NCBI GenBank assembly: GCA_022707885.1
Contig: JAKIZT010000001.1
Span: forward strand, 2,990 to 66,989
DNA: 64,000 bases
Source of the DNA: Caldisericales bacterium
GTDB taxonomy: Bacteria > Caldisericota > Caldisericia > JAAYUI01
Direction of reading: 5' to 3'
This document shows positions 10,195 to 19,054 of this stretch, in pieces. Made by a program: the position numbers and the translations under genes. The notes below the pieces were generated by a model, which was not told the origin of the DNA, made no database searches, and was given only the letters and a program-made list of their open reading frames with translations. Numbering within the stretch: position 1 is the stretch's first letter; each line of letters opens with the position of its first letter.

Positions 10195-10745
10195 AAAGAG
10201 TCAAAATACTTGTGACCGGGCCTTTTTCATCCGGCAAAACAAGTTTAATCAAATCGGTTTCCGAGATACCCGTTGTTTCAACAGAAAAGGCAGTGACAGA
10301 CGAGACCAGAGTCATTAAAAACCAGACAACGGTCGCACTTGATTTTGGAAGGCTGACAATTGACGATGATCTTGTGCTTTATATTTTTGGAACACCAGGA
10401 CAGGAGAGGTTTTCGTACATGTGGGATGTCCTCTCCGTCGGAGCAGTCGGCATGGTGCTGATCGTTGATTCCGCAGACTACAAGTCAATCATAGAAGCGA
10501 GGCGCTATCTTGCCTTCTTTTTACCAAAACTCCAGATTCCGTGTGTTATTGCGGCAAACAAACAGGATATGACAGGCTCCCTGAGCCCTGAGCAGGTCGG
10601 GCAGATGCTCGGAATTGATGACACTGTTGAGATCGTGCCTTGCATGGCCAAGGACAGGGAATCTGTAAAAAATGTTTTGATAAAATTATTTGAGCTGGTT
10701 GAAAGAACGGGACTGGCGCAGGAAGATCAGGATGCCATCGTATAG
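10191..10745 (+). CDS. MglA/CvnD-like small Ras-type GTPase (COG2229 type)
   Basis: G1 TGPFSSGKTS, G3 FGTPGQERF and G4 ANKQD motifs are present in a protein of about 180 aa, the size of GTPases that partner with roadblock proteins. Confidence 0.7.
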   Translation: MKRVKILVTGPFSSGKTSLIKSVSEIPVVSTEKAVTDETRVIKNQTTVALDFGRLTIDDDLVLYIFGTPGQERFSYMWDVLSVGAVGMVLIVDSADYKSIIEARRYLAFFLPKLQIPCVIAANKQDMTGSLSPEQVGQMLGIDDTVEIVPCMAKDRESVKNVLIKLFELVERTGLAQEDQDAIV

Positions 10746-12129
10746 AACAAGAAAATATCTCGAATCAAACGACTATGAAAGCATTATCAGAACCTATGGA
10801 AACCCGGACCCGGCAAGAATCTCGGACAGAGACACGGAGCTTTACTGCAAGGCACTGAGAAAAACTGGAAAAGAAAAGCAGGCCACGATTTTTCTTGAAA
10901 AAGTGGTTGACCGTGGTGGTTGCAACTATCCACGTTCGACAAGATTGCTTGCCAGAATCTACAGTATTTCTGGTGAGCATCAGAAGGCCATCGATTTGCT
11001 CCAAAAAACATTTACCCAGAGGCCAACGCAATATTGGTATTACCTTTCAATGGGCGATGTCTATTACTACCACAAGAAGGACCTTGAGGCCGCCTTCCAG
11101 GTGTATGTGAAGGGAATGGACATTGGCAAGGAGCACCTCAGGAGGGACATACTCTCAATTTACAGATACCTCCTCAAGAGGATTTCGCATTGCCTTTTTG
11201 AGCTTGGCCGTTTCAAGGATGTAATCTGGTATTTTGAGGAGTTCAAAAGACTCGAACCATCAAATTTCTATGAGACTGATTTTGTCCTGCTTGGCCAATG
11301 CTATGAGAAGACTGGCCAGAAGGAAAAAGCCCTCGAAATCTGGAAAGAGGGCACCAGGAGAAGAAAAGGTAGAAAATGTCTAAAAGAAATCGAGAGAGTG
11401 TTTCCGGATGAGGCAAAAAAAATAACCCTGAAGCCGCCTCTCCCCTCAAAACCTGGCTCAGTAAAAATACCTGTAAAAACAAAAATCATCACCGAAGAAG
11501 ATGACGCCGCAGAGGTTATTGCAGAATCAATAAAAGGTGTCGCCCAAAAAGATGACATAGTAACATTTGCTTCCGCGGTGGCCGCAATAACACAGGCAAG
11601 GATTTACTCTGCAGAGACAATCCAGCCATCAAGGATCGCGAGAATGCTCGCCGGTTTTGTAACGGCATCTTCAAGGAACGCCTTTGCAACAACTTCTCCC
11701 CTTGCAAACCCGCTCTCCTTCCAGGTGGCAATTGAAATAGCAGGCCTTCTAAAAATACTTTTCGCAACATTTTGTGGTGCCCTTGGCAAACTGATCGGTA
11801 AAAAGGGCTGGTTTTATATAGTGGCAGGGCCCGAGGTTGCGATGATAGACGACATGCCGGCATCAATGGCCCCTTATGACTATTTCGTCATACCCGGACC
11901 GTACAACAGTGACAGGCTTGCTCAGATAATAAAGGAAAAAACTGGTTTTGAAGCTGCAATCATTGATGCCAACGACATGGGAATAGCATGGGCGGTTGGT
12001 GCCTCTGATGGTGTAGACAAAAAAGAGCTTGAACAGTTTATGGCTGACAACCCTGCCGGCAATGAGGACGACCAGACGCCAATAATAATCATCAGGAAAG
12101 CGGCCGCCACTGGACAAAAGGAGGATTGA
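10732..12129 (+). CDS. Fusion protein: N-terminal TPR-like repeats plus C-terminal CofE-like (F420-0:gamma-glutamyl ligase family) domain
   Basis: The N-terminal half has TPR-like helical repeats (YYLSMGDVYYY, LLGQCYEKTGQKEKALEIW). The C-terminal segments DDIVTFASAVAAITQARIYSAETIQPSRIARMLA and KTGFEAAIIDANDMGIAWAVGASDG ... TPIIIIRK align by eye with conserved CofE segments. The start is probably ATG 10732, overlapping the GTPase stop. Confidence 0.5.
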   Translation: MPSYRTRKYLESNDYESIIRTYGNPDPARISDRDTELYCKALRKTGKEKQATIFLEKVVDRGGCNYPRSTRLLARIYSISGEHQKAIDLLQKTFTQRPTQYWYYLSMGDVYYYHKKDLEAAFQVYVKGMDIGKEHLRRDILSIYRYLLKRISHCLFELGRFKDVIWYFEEFKRLEPSNFYETDFVLLGQCYEKTGQKEKALEIWKEGTRRRKGRKCLKEIERVFPDEAKKITLKPPLPSKPGSVKIPVKTKIITEEDDAAEVIAESIKGVAQKDDIVTFASAVAAITQARIYSAETIQPSRIARMLAGFVTASSRNAFATTSPLANPLSFQVAIEIAGLLKILFATFCGALGKLIGKKGWFYIVAGPEVAMIDDMPASMAPYDYFVIPGPYNSDRLAQIIKEKTGFEAAIIDANDMGIAWAVGASDGVDKKELEQFMADNPAGNEDDQTPIIIIRKAAATGQKED

Positions 12130-13517
12130 TGTTTGATCTGATTGAGAAAACATTGTCTTTGATCAATGGGTTTTGCGAAATAAGGATTTCTGACAAGACA
12201 AGCCGTGGTGTTGCAATAAAAAATGGCTTGCTTGAAACATCAAGTTCCAAAAGAAGCATCGGGGCAGGCATAAGGGTGCTCAGGAACGGCGCATGGGGTT
12301 TTGCTTCAACATCCGACCTCGATCCTGATTCTCTTGCCAAAGCTCTGAAAGATGCCGAGATAGCGGCCATCGCAATTGGCTCGCAATCACAAAAGAAAGT
12401 ACCAGCACTGCCCCCAAAAAAGCTGGCCAAAAAAGATTACAAATACAAAACAAAAAAGGACCTCGAGGACATCCCGTTTGAAGAAAAAATAGCCCTGGCC
12501 ATAAGGATCGAGTCGCTGATCCGGAAAAACTCGCAATTTATTGTAACTGCCACAACCTACTACTCAGAAACAACAGAAAACAAGTGGGTAATGACAAATG
12601 ACGGGGCAAAGTGCCACAGCAGACTCTCCAAACCTGATTTCTACTGTATTGCTGTTGCCTCAAAAGATGGCCAGATGCAAAGCTCTTTCGAATCCAGCGG
12701 CGTCGTTGGCGGATTTGATGAGCTCTTTGGCTCCAGGACGCCAGAGCAAATGGCCGAAAAAGCTGCCAGAATAGCCGTTGACAAACTGGATGCGCCCTAT
12801 GTGGAAGGCGGGATGCACGACGTTGTTTTAAAACCAGGCATGGTTGGCATCCTTGCACACGAGGCAATAGGACACACGGTCGAGGCGGATTTTGTACTGT
12901 CAGGATTGATAACGGCAGGCAAGATTGGCCAGAAGATAGCCTCAGATTTGATCACTATGGTTGATGACGGGCCAAATCTGATGAAGATTGGTAATCCTGC
13001 GGGCTACATCGAGGTTGACGATGAGGGTGTAGAGGCCGGAGAAGCAGTCATCATAAAAGATGGCATTTTGTCTTCATATCTCCACAGCAGGGAAACCGCA
13101 GAGCTGTTTGGGGTCGAGCCCACCGGCAATGCAAGGGCATGGAGTTATACCGATGTCCCGATAATAAGGATGAGGAACACATACATAAAACCTGGCAAAA
13201 ACAGCATCGACGAGATCATTGGTTCCATAGACAAGGGTTACCTTCTGGTAAACCCTGAAAATGGCGAGGCAGACGCAAACGCAGAATTCATGTTCGGGTG
13301 CGGTGAGGCCTACGAAATAGTCAAAGGAAAGGTTGGCAGGCTGGTGAAAAACGTCACCATCTCCGGTCAGGCCTTTGATGTCCTGAAAAGCGTGGACATG
13401 GTCGGAAATGATTTCGAGTTTGCAATGGGTTCCGGAGCCTGCGGGAAAATACAGCCTGCCAAGGTCGATGGCGGCGGGCCCTCGATCAAATGCAAGGCAA
13501 TGCTTGGAGGCAGATGA
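12126..13517 (+). CDS. tldD: TldD-family metalloprotease
   Basis: An HEAIGHTVEAD (HExxxH) motif is present and the 463-aa length fits the TldD/PmbA fold. Confidence 0.8.
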   Translation: MMFDLIEKTLSLINGFCEIRISDKTSRGVAIKNGLLETSSSKRSIGAGIRVLRNGAWGFASTSDLDPDSLAKALKDAEIAAIAIGSQSQKKVPALPPKKLAKKDYKYKTKKDLEDIPFEEKIALAIRIESLIRKNSQFIVTATTYYSETTENKWVMTNDGAKCHSRLSKPDFYCIAVASKDGQMQSSFESSGVVGGFDELFGSRTPEQMAEKAARIAVDKLDAPYVEGGMHDVVLKPGMVGILAHEAIGHTVEADFVLSGLITAGKIGQKIASDLITMVDDGPNLMKIGNPAGYIEVDDEGVEAGEAVIIKDGILSSYLHSRETAELFGVEPTGNARAWSYTDVPIIRMRNTYIKPGKNSIDEIIGSIDKGYLLVNPENGEADANAEFMFGCGEAYEIVKGKVGRLVKNVTISGQAFDVLKSVDMVGNDFEFAMGSGACGKIQPAKVDGGGPSIKCKAMLGGR

Positions 13518-14851
13518 TGGACACAAGAGAAATTGCTGAACGCACGCTTGGAATGTGCAAAAAAGCTGGTGCACAAAACGCCGAGGTGGCCATTTCCCAC
13601 AGCAGGAACATCTCTGTCAGCGCGCAGGACAACGAGATACATGTCGCGACTTCAGACAAAGGCAGCTGGCTTGGTGTAAGGGTCATCAATTCACATTCAC
13701 AGGGTTTCTCATGTGTGAATTCCTTCGAAGATTCAAAAGTGCAGATGGTCATCGAAGAGGCAATGGCAATTGCAAAATCATCTCCACCTGATGATTCAAA
13801 TGTGCTTCCTGATCCTGGAGAAACGATCTCGATTGGCGATCTTCACAACCAGGGCCTTGCCGAAATGGGTCTTGACAAGGTTGTGGGCTATACCAAACAG
13901 ATGCTCCTGGAATGCAAGACTTATGACAGCAGGATTTCAGTCGATATGGCCAAATTCAACCTGTCCTCCACTGTTTCAACACTTGCGAACACAAAAGGGA
14001 TTAATCTTTCCCAGGAGAGAACCGGAATTTTCTATTTTGTCTATGGCATGGCAAAAGAGGGTGAGACCGTTTCATCGATGGATGGTGCCTTTGGTGCCAC
14101 AACCGACCCAAAAAAGATCGATGTTTCAGAGGTGGCAAGGAAGTTTTCAAAAAATGTCATTGAATCACTCGGTGCAAAGAGTGGAAAGAGCTTCGAGGGT
14201 CCGGTGATCCTCTTTGGGGATGCGCTAAACGAGCTTATGCTTTCAACTGTCTTGTGGTCCTGCAATGCCAATTCCATCCAGATGGGCGAGTCAAGGTTTG
14301 TCGGAATGCAGGGGAAACAGGTTGCTTCCGAAAAGTTGTCCATTCTTGATGATGGAAGGCGCCCCGGCAGATTTGAGTCGACCAACTTTGACAGGGAAGG
14401 AACCGCACCAAAGGTCATGTGGCCAATAAAAAATGGCATTTTCACAGAACCATTCCACAATGCAAGAACTGCTGCAAGGGACAAAACCATATCAAATGGC
14501 CATGCCTCAGGATCACCCTCTTCAACTCCCTCTGTTTCAACAACCAACATAATCGTGGAAACTGGCAAGACCTCACTTGAAGAACTCATCGCAGACACAA
14601 AACTCGGCCTTCTTGTAAAAAGATATTCCGGAAACATTGATCCTTCTTCCGGTGATTTCTCGGGCGTCATAAAAGGTGGTTATCTGATCGAGAACGGAAA
14701 GATAACAACACCTCTACTGGGCACCATGATTGCTGGAAATGTGTTTGAGATGATCAAAAACATAAGCGGCATATCAAGCGATGTTGAAGACCTGATTACA
14801 ACGGTCACGCCAAGCGTCAGGTTCGAAGGGATAAAAGTAACAAGCCAATGA
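13514..14851 (+). CDS. pmbA: PmbA/TldE-family protein
   Basis: This is a second TldD/PmbA-fold protein lacking the HExxxH motif. It has an ATGA overlap with tldD and the start is probably ATG 13514. Confidence 0.75.
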   Translation: MMDTREIAERTLGMCKKAGAQNAEVAISHSRNISVSAQDNEIHVATSDKGSWLGVRVINSHSQGFSCVNSFEDSKVQMVIEEAMAIAKSSPPDDSNVLPDPGETISIGDLHNQGLAEMGLDKVVGYTKQMLLECKTYDSRISVDMAKFNLSSTVSTLANTKGINLSQERTGIFYFVYGMAKEGETVSSMDGAFGATTDPKKIDVSEVARKFSKNVIESLGAKSGKSFEGPVILFGDALNELMLSTVLWSCNANSIQMGESRFVGMQGKQVASEKLSILDDGRRPGRFESTNFDREGTAPKVMWPIKNGIFTEPFHNARTAARDKTISNGHASGSPSSTPSVSTTNIIVETGKTSLEELIADTKLGLLVKRYSGNIDPSSGDFSGVIKGGYLIENGKITTPLLGTMIAGNVFEMIKNISGISSDVEDLITTVTPSVRFEGIKVTSQ

Positions 14852-15978
14852 GTCTTGCACCAGAGAAAGTATTGCCATCACTGGCAACAGTGGATATCGA
14901 CAGGCTGATATCAAACCTTGGTCTGGTAAGGAGGATCTCCCAGGCTCCAAAAGTGATGGCTGTTGTCAAAGCCAACGCTTATGGACACGGCGATGTCGCA
15001 GTCGCGCAGGCGCTCGCCCATAACGGTGCTGACTGGCTGGCTGTCCAGACCCCGGAAGAAGCAATCAGGCTAAGAGCGGGTGGCGTTGTCTGCCCAATAC
15101 TCATACTTGGCTATACGCATTCTGCCTATGCTTCTGACATACTGCATTACCAGATCACCCCGACCATCTTTGATTACCAGCTTGCAGTGGAACTTGACAG
15201 ACTGGCACCTTCTCCGGTACCGGTGCACATAAAGGTTGATACAGGCATGTGCTGGGCCGGGATATCGGTCAAGGACTCGGTGCCTTTCATAAAAAGCGTG
15301 ATGAAGCTCCCAAAAATAAGGATCAGCGGTCTGTTTACGCATTTTGCGGTGGCCGATTCCGATCCTGAGTTTACAAAACACCAGGCCGACCTGTTCATGG
15401 CAGTGGCCCTTGAAGCAAAGGCAATGGGGGCAGCGCCAATAATCCACGCTTCTGCATCAGCCGCAACGATGAACTACCCGGAGTACCATTTTGATATGGT
15501 CAGGCCCGGCATGATGCTCTATGGAGTACCAGTTGGTGGCAGGTTCGATCAGGAACTCCTGCCAATACTTTCATGGACCTCTGTTGTTTGCGACATGAAA
15601 GTCATCCACAAAGGTGAAAGCGTCGGCTACGGCAGGGATTTTATCGCTGATTCTACAAGGGTCATCGCAACTGTGCCGGTGGGATATGCCGATGGATGGA
15701 GATGGAACCTTAAAAATGGTGGCTTTGTGCTGGTCCAGGGCAAAAGAACCAAGATAGTAGGAAGAATATGTATGGACCAATTCATGATCGACGTGACAGA
15801 TATCCCGGGAGTTGAGGTTGGAGACAGGGTAACACTCATTGGAAAAGATACCGATGAGTCTGTTACTGTAAAAGATTTGTCTGAGGTCCTGAGAACCACC
15901 CCCTATGAAATCTTGACTGGTCTTGGTGGCAGGACTAAATTTGTTTATAAACAATCAGGAAAGGAGGCCGAGCTGTGA
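14848..15978 (+). CDS. alr: Alanine racemase
   Basis: The PLP-binding motif AVVKANAYGHG is near the N terminus, and the 376-aa length fits. Confidence 0.85.
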   Translation: MSLAPEKVLPSLATVDIDRLISNLGLVRRISQAPKVMAVVKANAYGHGDVAVAQALAHNGADWLAVQTPEEAIRLRAGGVVCPILILGYTHSAYASDILHYQITPTIFDYQLAVELDRLAPSPVPVHIKVDTGMCWAGISVKDSVPFIKSVMKLPKIRISGLFTHFAVADSDPEFTKHQADLFMAVALEAKAMGAAPIIHASASAATMNYPEYHFDMVRPGMMLYGVPVGGRFDQELLPILSWTSVVCDMKVIHKGESVGYGRDFIADSTRVIATVPVGYADGWRWNLKNGGFVLVQGKRTKIVGRICMDQFMIDVTDIPGVEVGDRVTLIGKDTDESVTVKDLSEVLRTTPYEILTGLGGRTKFVYKQSGKEAEL

Positions 15979-16118
15979 AAAAACTGTCAGTAATTGTTCT
16001 ACTTTCTCTCATGCTTTCACAGACCGTCCAGGTCTACTCGAGAACAATGCCGCTCTCCGTTTCAGATTTCACTCCGAAGCGTGCAGCATTCTGCGAAATT
16101 TTTGTGGAGCCAAACTGA
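15975..16118 (+). other. Signal-peptide-encoding ORF fragment (47 codons) in the same frame as the downstream surface-protein gene, ended by an in-frame TGA
   Basis: GTG 15975 (GTGA overlap with the alr stop) encodes VKKLSVIVLLSLMLSQTVQVYSRTMPLSV..., a classic signal peptide. The stop TGA at 16116..16118 is in frame with the GTG start at 16137. Confidence 0.4.
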
Positions 16119-16136
16119 ACGAAGTGTCACACTGCC

Positions 16137-18308
16137 GTGCGCAGTATGGACAAACTCGAGTCTGAACTTGGCTCGGACTCTATTATCAAGTTAAGGCTGC
16201 ATTCAAACCCCAACGACGAGTTTTATCTTGAAGAAGTCGACAAGAGGGGGCAGATGTATGAAAGAAAGTCTTATCCGACAATAGCTTTTAATGGCAATTT
16301 CATAAAGAGATCTGGTATGACCGAAAAGGAAGTTGAGGACACGGTTTCAAAGGTCCGCTCTTCACCCTTGAGCTTCAACGTTTCGCTGAATGGGAAACTG
16401 AAAGAAGAAGCTGCGGGGCAAAAGATCGATTTTGAGGCCATGGTTGAGCAGTTTGGTCCTCTCGACCAGGCAACACTCAGGTACACCTTCTTCCTTTTCG
16501 AAGACAATGTTGACAGGGAAGACCAGTATTTCCAGCATGTCGTGCATGCAATCAAGCCTTCTGCAAAAGGCACCACAATGCGCATCAAAAATGGCGAAAC
16601 CAAGAAGCTCACAGCCAGCTTTGATTTGAAGGAAGAGTGGACAAAAGAAGAATTGGGAGCTGCAGTAGCGATATTCGACCAGGACACATTCGAGGTTTAT
16701 GCTTATGGTGTATGGAAAATCAAAGCGCCGCACCTCGTTAATTTGCTCCCTGGCAAAGTGTCGCCAAACTCGCCACTTTTGCTGTCATTTGACAAAGATA
16801 TCGACCCCGCAACATTCAATGAGGGCACGGTGCTCCTGGTTGACCAGAATGGCCTCGCTGTTCCTGGAAAAACGTCTGTTTCCGGGTCAAAGTGCACGTT
16901 TACCCCCAACAAGACTTTTGAAGAGGGCAAGAAATACGCATTCTACGCAAAGAGCGGCCAGTCTGGCATAAAATCAAAAACAGGTGAAAAGCTGATTGGC
17001 AACATCATCTGGAAGTTTGAATGCGAAAAAGTGGCCGAAGAGCCAAAACTTGAAGTTGCAGAAAAATCGTTCGATCTCGGTGAGATTTCGACAACCATAA
17101 TCAAAAAGCTTGCTTTCAAAAATACCGGAACTGGAAAACTTTCAGCAACAATCAAGTCTTCAGAGTCATGGCTCAGGAGTGAAAATTCCGAATTCGAAAT
17201 CGAGCCGGGTGGTTCTTTTGAAACAACCGCGACTGTTGATCCGCTTGGCCTCGAACCGGGACCATATTCCGGGAAGCTGTCAATCGAAAGCAACGGCGGA
17301 AATTTAGAAATTGCAGTTGGTTTCACCTACAAAAAATCCGGAATGATCCTGAAGGTTGAGCCATCAGAGCTAGATTTTGGAAAGATACCAAAAAACACCA
17401 AGAAATCTCTCCAGATCGAAATCATCGAGCAGGCCGGCGAAGGCGGAATGATTGAAGGGACAGTTACTGCGAGCGTCCCATGGATAAAAGTCGATCCGTC
17501 ATCGTTCAAATGCGACAGGTGCAAGATAAGCATTACGGTAGAGCCAAGCACGGAAGGTGCCCTGACAGGTGAAGTGACAATCGACTCCAACGCAGGAAAA
17601 ATTGTTGTTCCTGTCAAAGTAATGGTCGAGTCTGCAGCACTTCTTGATCTCTCGGTCAACGGCTTCTCTGGGACCCCGCTAAAGACCACCTCCCCAAGCT
17701 ACACAATCCCGATCTCCACAACAAAGGGCGCGACAGTGATGGTCGGTGGAAAACCCGCGACTGTAGACCAGAACGGAAAGGCTAACTACTCAGTAACGCT
17801 TATCCCTGGGCTCAACAGGTTCGAAATCTCGGCAACACTGGGAAGTCAGAACAAGAAGATAACAGTCGATTTAATCTATGCTGTCACAATAGAACTCTGG
17901 CTTGACAAAACGGACATCACCATAAACGGCTTGAAGGTAACACTCAAGACCGCTCCAACATCTTCCTCGCCGCCGCTTCCAAAAGAACTTGGCGGGAGCA
18001 CATACATGCCTATAAGAGAAGTCGCAGAGGCCCTGGGGGCACAGGTTGGCTATGACGGTGCAGAAAAAAAGGTCACCCTGACGCAATCGCTCTGGAATGG
18101 TAAAAATGTTGTTGAACTGTGGATTGGCAAGAAAACTGCCAAGATAAACGGCAAAGAGGTCTTTATTGACTCAAAAGCCCAAAAGCTCTATCCAACAATC
18201 ATTAGTGCAAAAACAATGTTGCCGCTAAGGTTTGTTGGAGAGGCCCTTGGGGCAGGTGTGGCCTGGGAAGGCGCCACAAGAAAGATAACGCTGACATATC
18301 CAAAATGA
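16137..18308 (+). CDS. Cell-surface protein with Ig-like (SbsA/BACON-like) domains and two C-terminal copper amine oxidase N-terminal (stalk) domains; probably interrupted (see signal-peptide fragment)
   Basis: The 723-aa product has a central Ig-like beta-rich region and two C-terminal repeats of the stalk pattern (MPIREVAEALGAQVGYDG; MLPLRFVGEALGAGVAWEG). It has no signal peptide of its own, and its start is GTG. Confidence 0.5.
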   Translation: MRSMDKLESELGSDSIIKLRLHSNPNDEFYLEEVDKRGQMYERKSYPTIAFNGNFIKRSGMTEKEVEDTVSKVRSSPLSFNVSLNGKLKEEAAGQKIDFEAMVEQFGPLDQATLRYTFFLFEDNVDREDQYFQHVVHAIKPSAKGTTMRIKNGETKKLTASFDLKEEWTKEELGAAVAIFDQDTFEVYAYGVWKIKAPHLVNLLPGKVSPNSPLLLSFDKDIDPATFNEGTVLLVDQNGLAVPGKTSVSGSKCTFTPNKTFEEGKKYAFYAKSGQSGIKSKTGEKLIGNIIWKFECEKVAEEPKLEVAEKSFDLGEISTTIIKKLAFKNTGTGKLSATIKSSESWLRSENSEFEIEPGGSFETTATVDPLGLEPGPYSGKLSIESNGGNLEIAVGFTYKKSGMILKVEPSELDFGKIPKNTKKSLQIEIIEQAGEGGMIEGTVTASVPWIKVDPSSFKCDRCKISITVEPSTEGALTGEVTIDSNAGKIVVPVKVMVESAALLDLSVNGFSGTPLKTTSPSYTIPISTTKGATVMVGGKPATVDQNGKANYSVTLIPGLNRFEISATLGSQNKKITVDLIYAVTIELWLDKTDITINGLKVTLKTAPTSSSPPLPKELGGSTYMPIREVAEALGAQVGYDGAEKKVTLTQSLWNGKNVVELWIGKKTAKINGKEVFIDSKAQKLYPTIISAKTMLPLRFVGEALGAGVAWEGATRKITLTYPK

Positions 18309-19054
18309 AGATAGATTTTGCAATATTGGGCGGCGGTGGAGTAGAGCCATGGTTTGCAAATGAGGGCGTGCCCAACAAGGGCATGCTTTCATTTGCAGGC
18401 AAGCCATCAATTGAATATGTCATTGATGCGCTTCGCAAGGCTCCCCTCACAAACAGGATCATCCTTGTTGGCAATGGCTATCCGGATTCCATAAAATCAA
18501 AAGTGGATCTGATGCTGGAGGAGGGTGACAGCCAGAAGGCAAACATAGACCGCCTTGTGGATGCGTCAGAGACAGAGTATCTCATCGTGACAACAAACGA
18601 CATCCCGCTGGTAACTGAAAAAACCTTTGACATGGTTGTTTCTGCGCTCCAGAAAACACAGTGCGACCTTGGACTGCCAATCATAACCAAAGAAGATACC
18701 CTGAGGATGTTCCCCGGAACAAAGCGCACCTTTCTCCGCATCAAAGAAGGGGAAGTCAAGATAGGAAACCTCTTCTATATCAGCAAAACCGCCTACAAAA
18801 AGGTGGAACCGATAGTCGAGGAAACATCAAGGAGGAGGAAGTCTGCCATAAAGCAGGCACTCCAGCTTGGCGTTCCGTTCCTGCTCAGGTTGCTTTTGTT
18901 CAAAAATGTTGGAGTACCCGAGCTTGAGAAGAGAATTTCAAAAATGCTTGGCGTTGCCATAAAAGCGCCAATATTGCAGTGCCCGGAGCTGGGCGTCGAT
19001 GTTGATAAAATAGAGGACCTTGAATTCTGCAGGTCCATTCTGGAGGCAAAATAG
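18305..19054 (+). CDS. MobA-like nucleotidyltransferase family protein
   Basis: The N terminus reads AILGGGGVEPW ... GKPSIEYVIDAL, an NTP-transferase glycine loop. It has an ATGA overlap with the upstream gene. Confidence 0.5.
   Translation: MKIDFAILGGGGVEPWFANEGVPNKGMLSFAGKPSIEYVIDALRKAPLTNRIILVGNGYPDSIKSKVDLMLEEGDSQKANIDRLVDASETEYLIVTTNDIPLVTEKTFDMVVSALQKTQCDLGLPIITKEDTLRMFPGTKRTFLRIKEGEVKIGNLFYISKTAYKKVEPIVEETSRRRKSAIKQALQLGVPFLLRLLLFKNVGVPELEKRISKMLGVAIKAPILQCPELGVDVDKIEDLEFCRSILEAK

Noticed and set aside
16116-16118. Possibility that TGA is a sense codon genome-wide (alternative genetic code)
   Set aside because: Many confidently called genes in the window terminate with TGA at positions consistent with ortholog lengths (alr, nuoA, nuoB, nuoD, nuoH, atpF/H, tldD, btuF). 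A global recoding is therefore unlikely. A local nonsense mutation or an error is more parsimonious.
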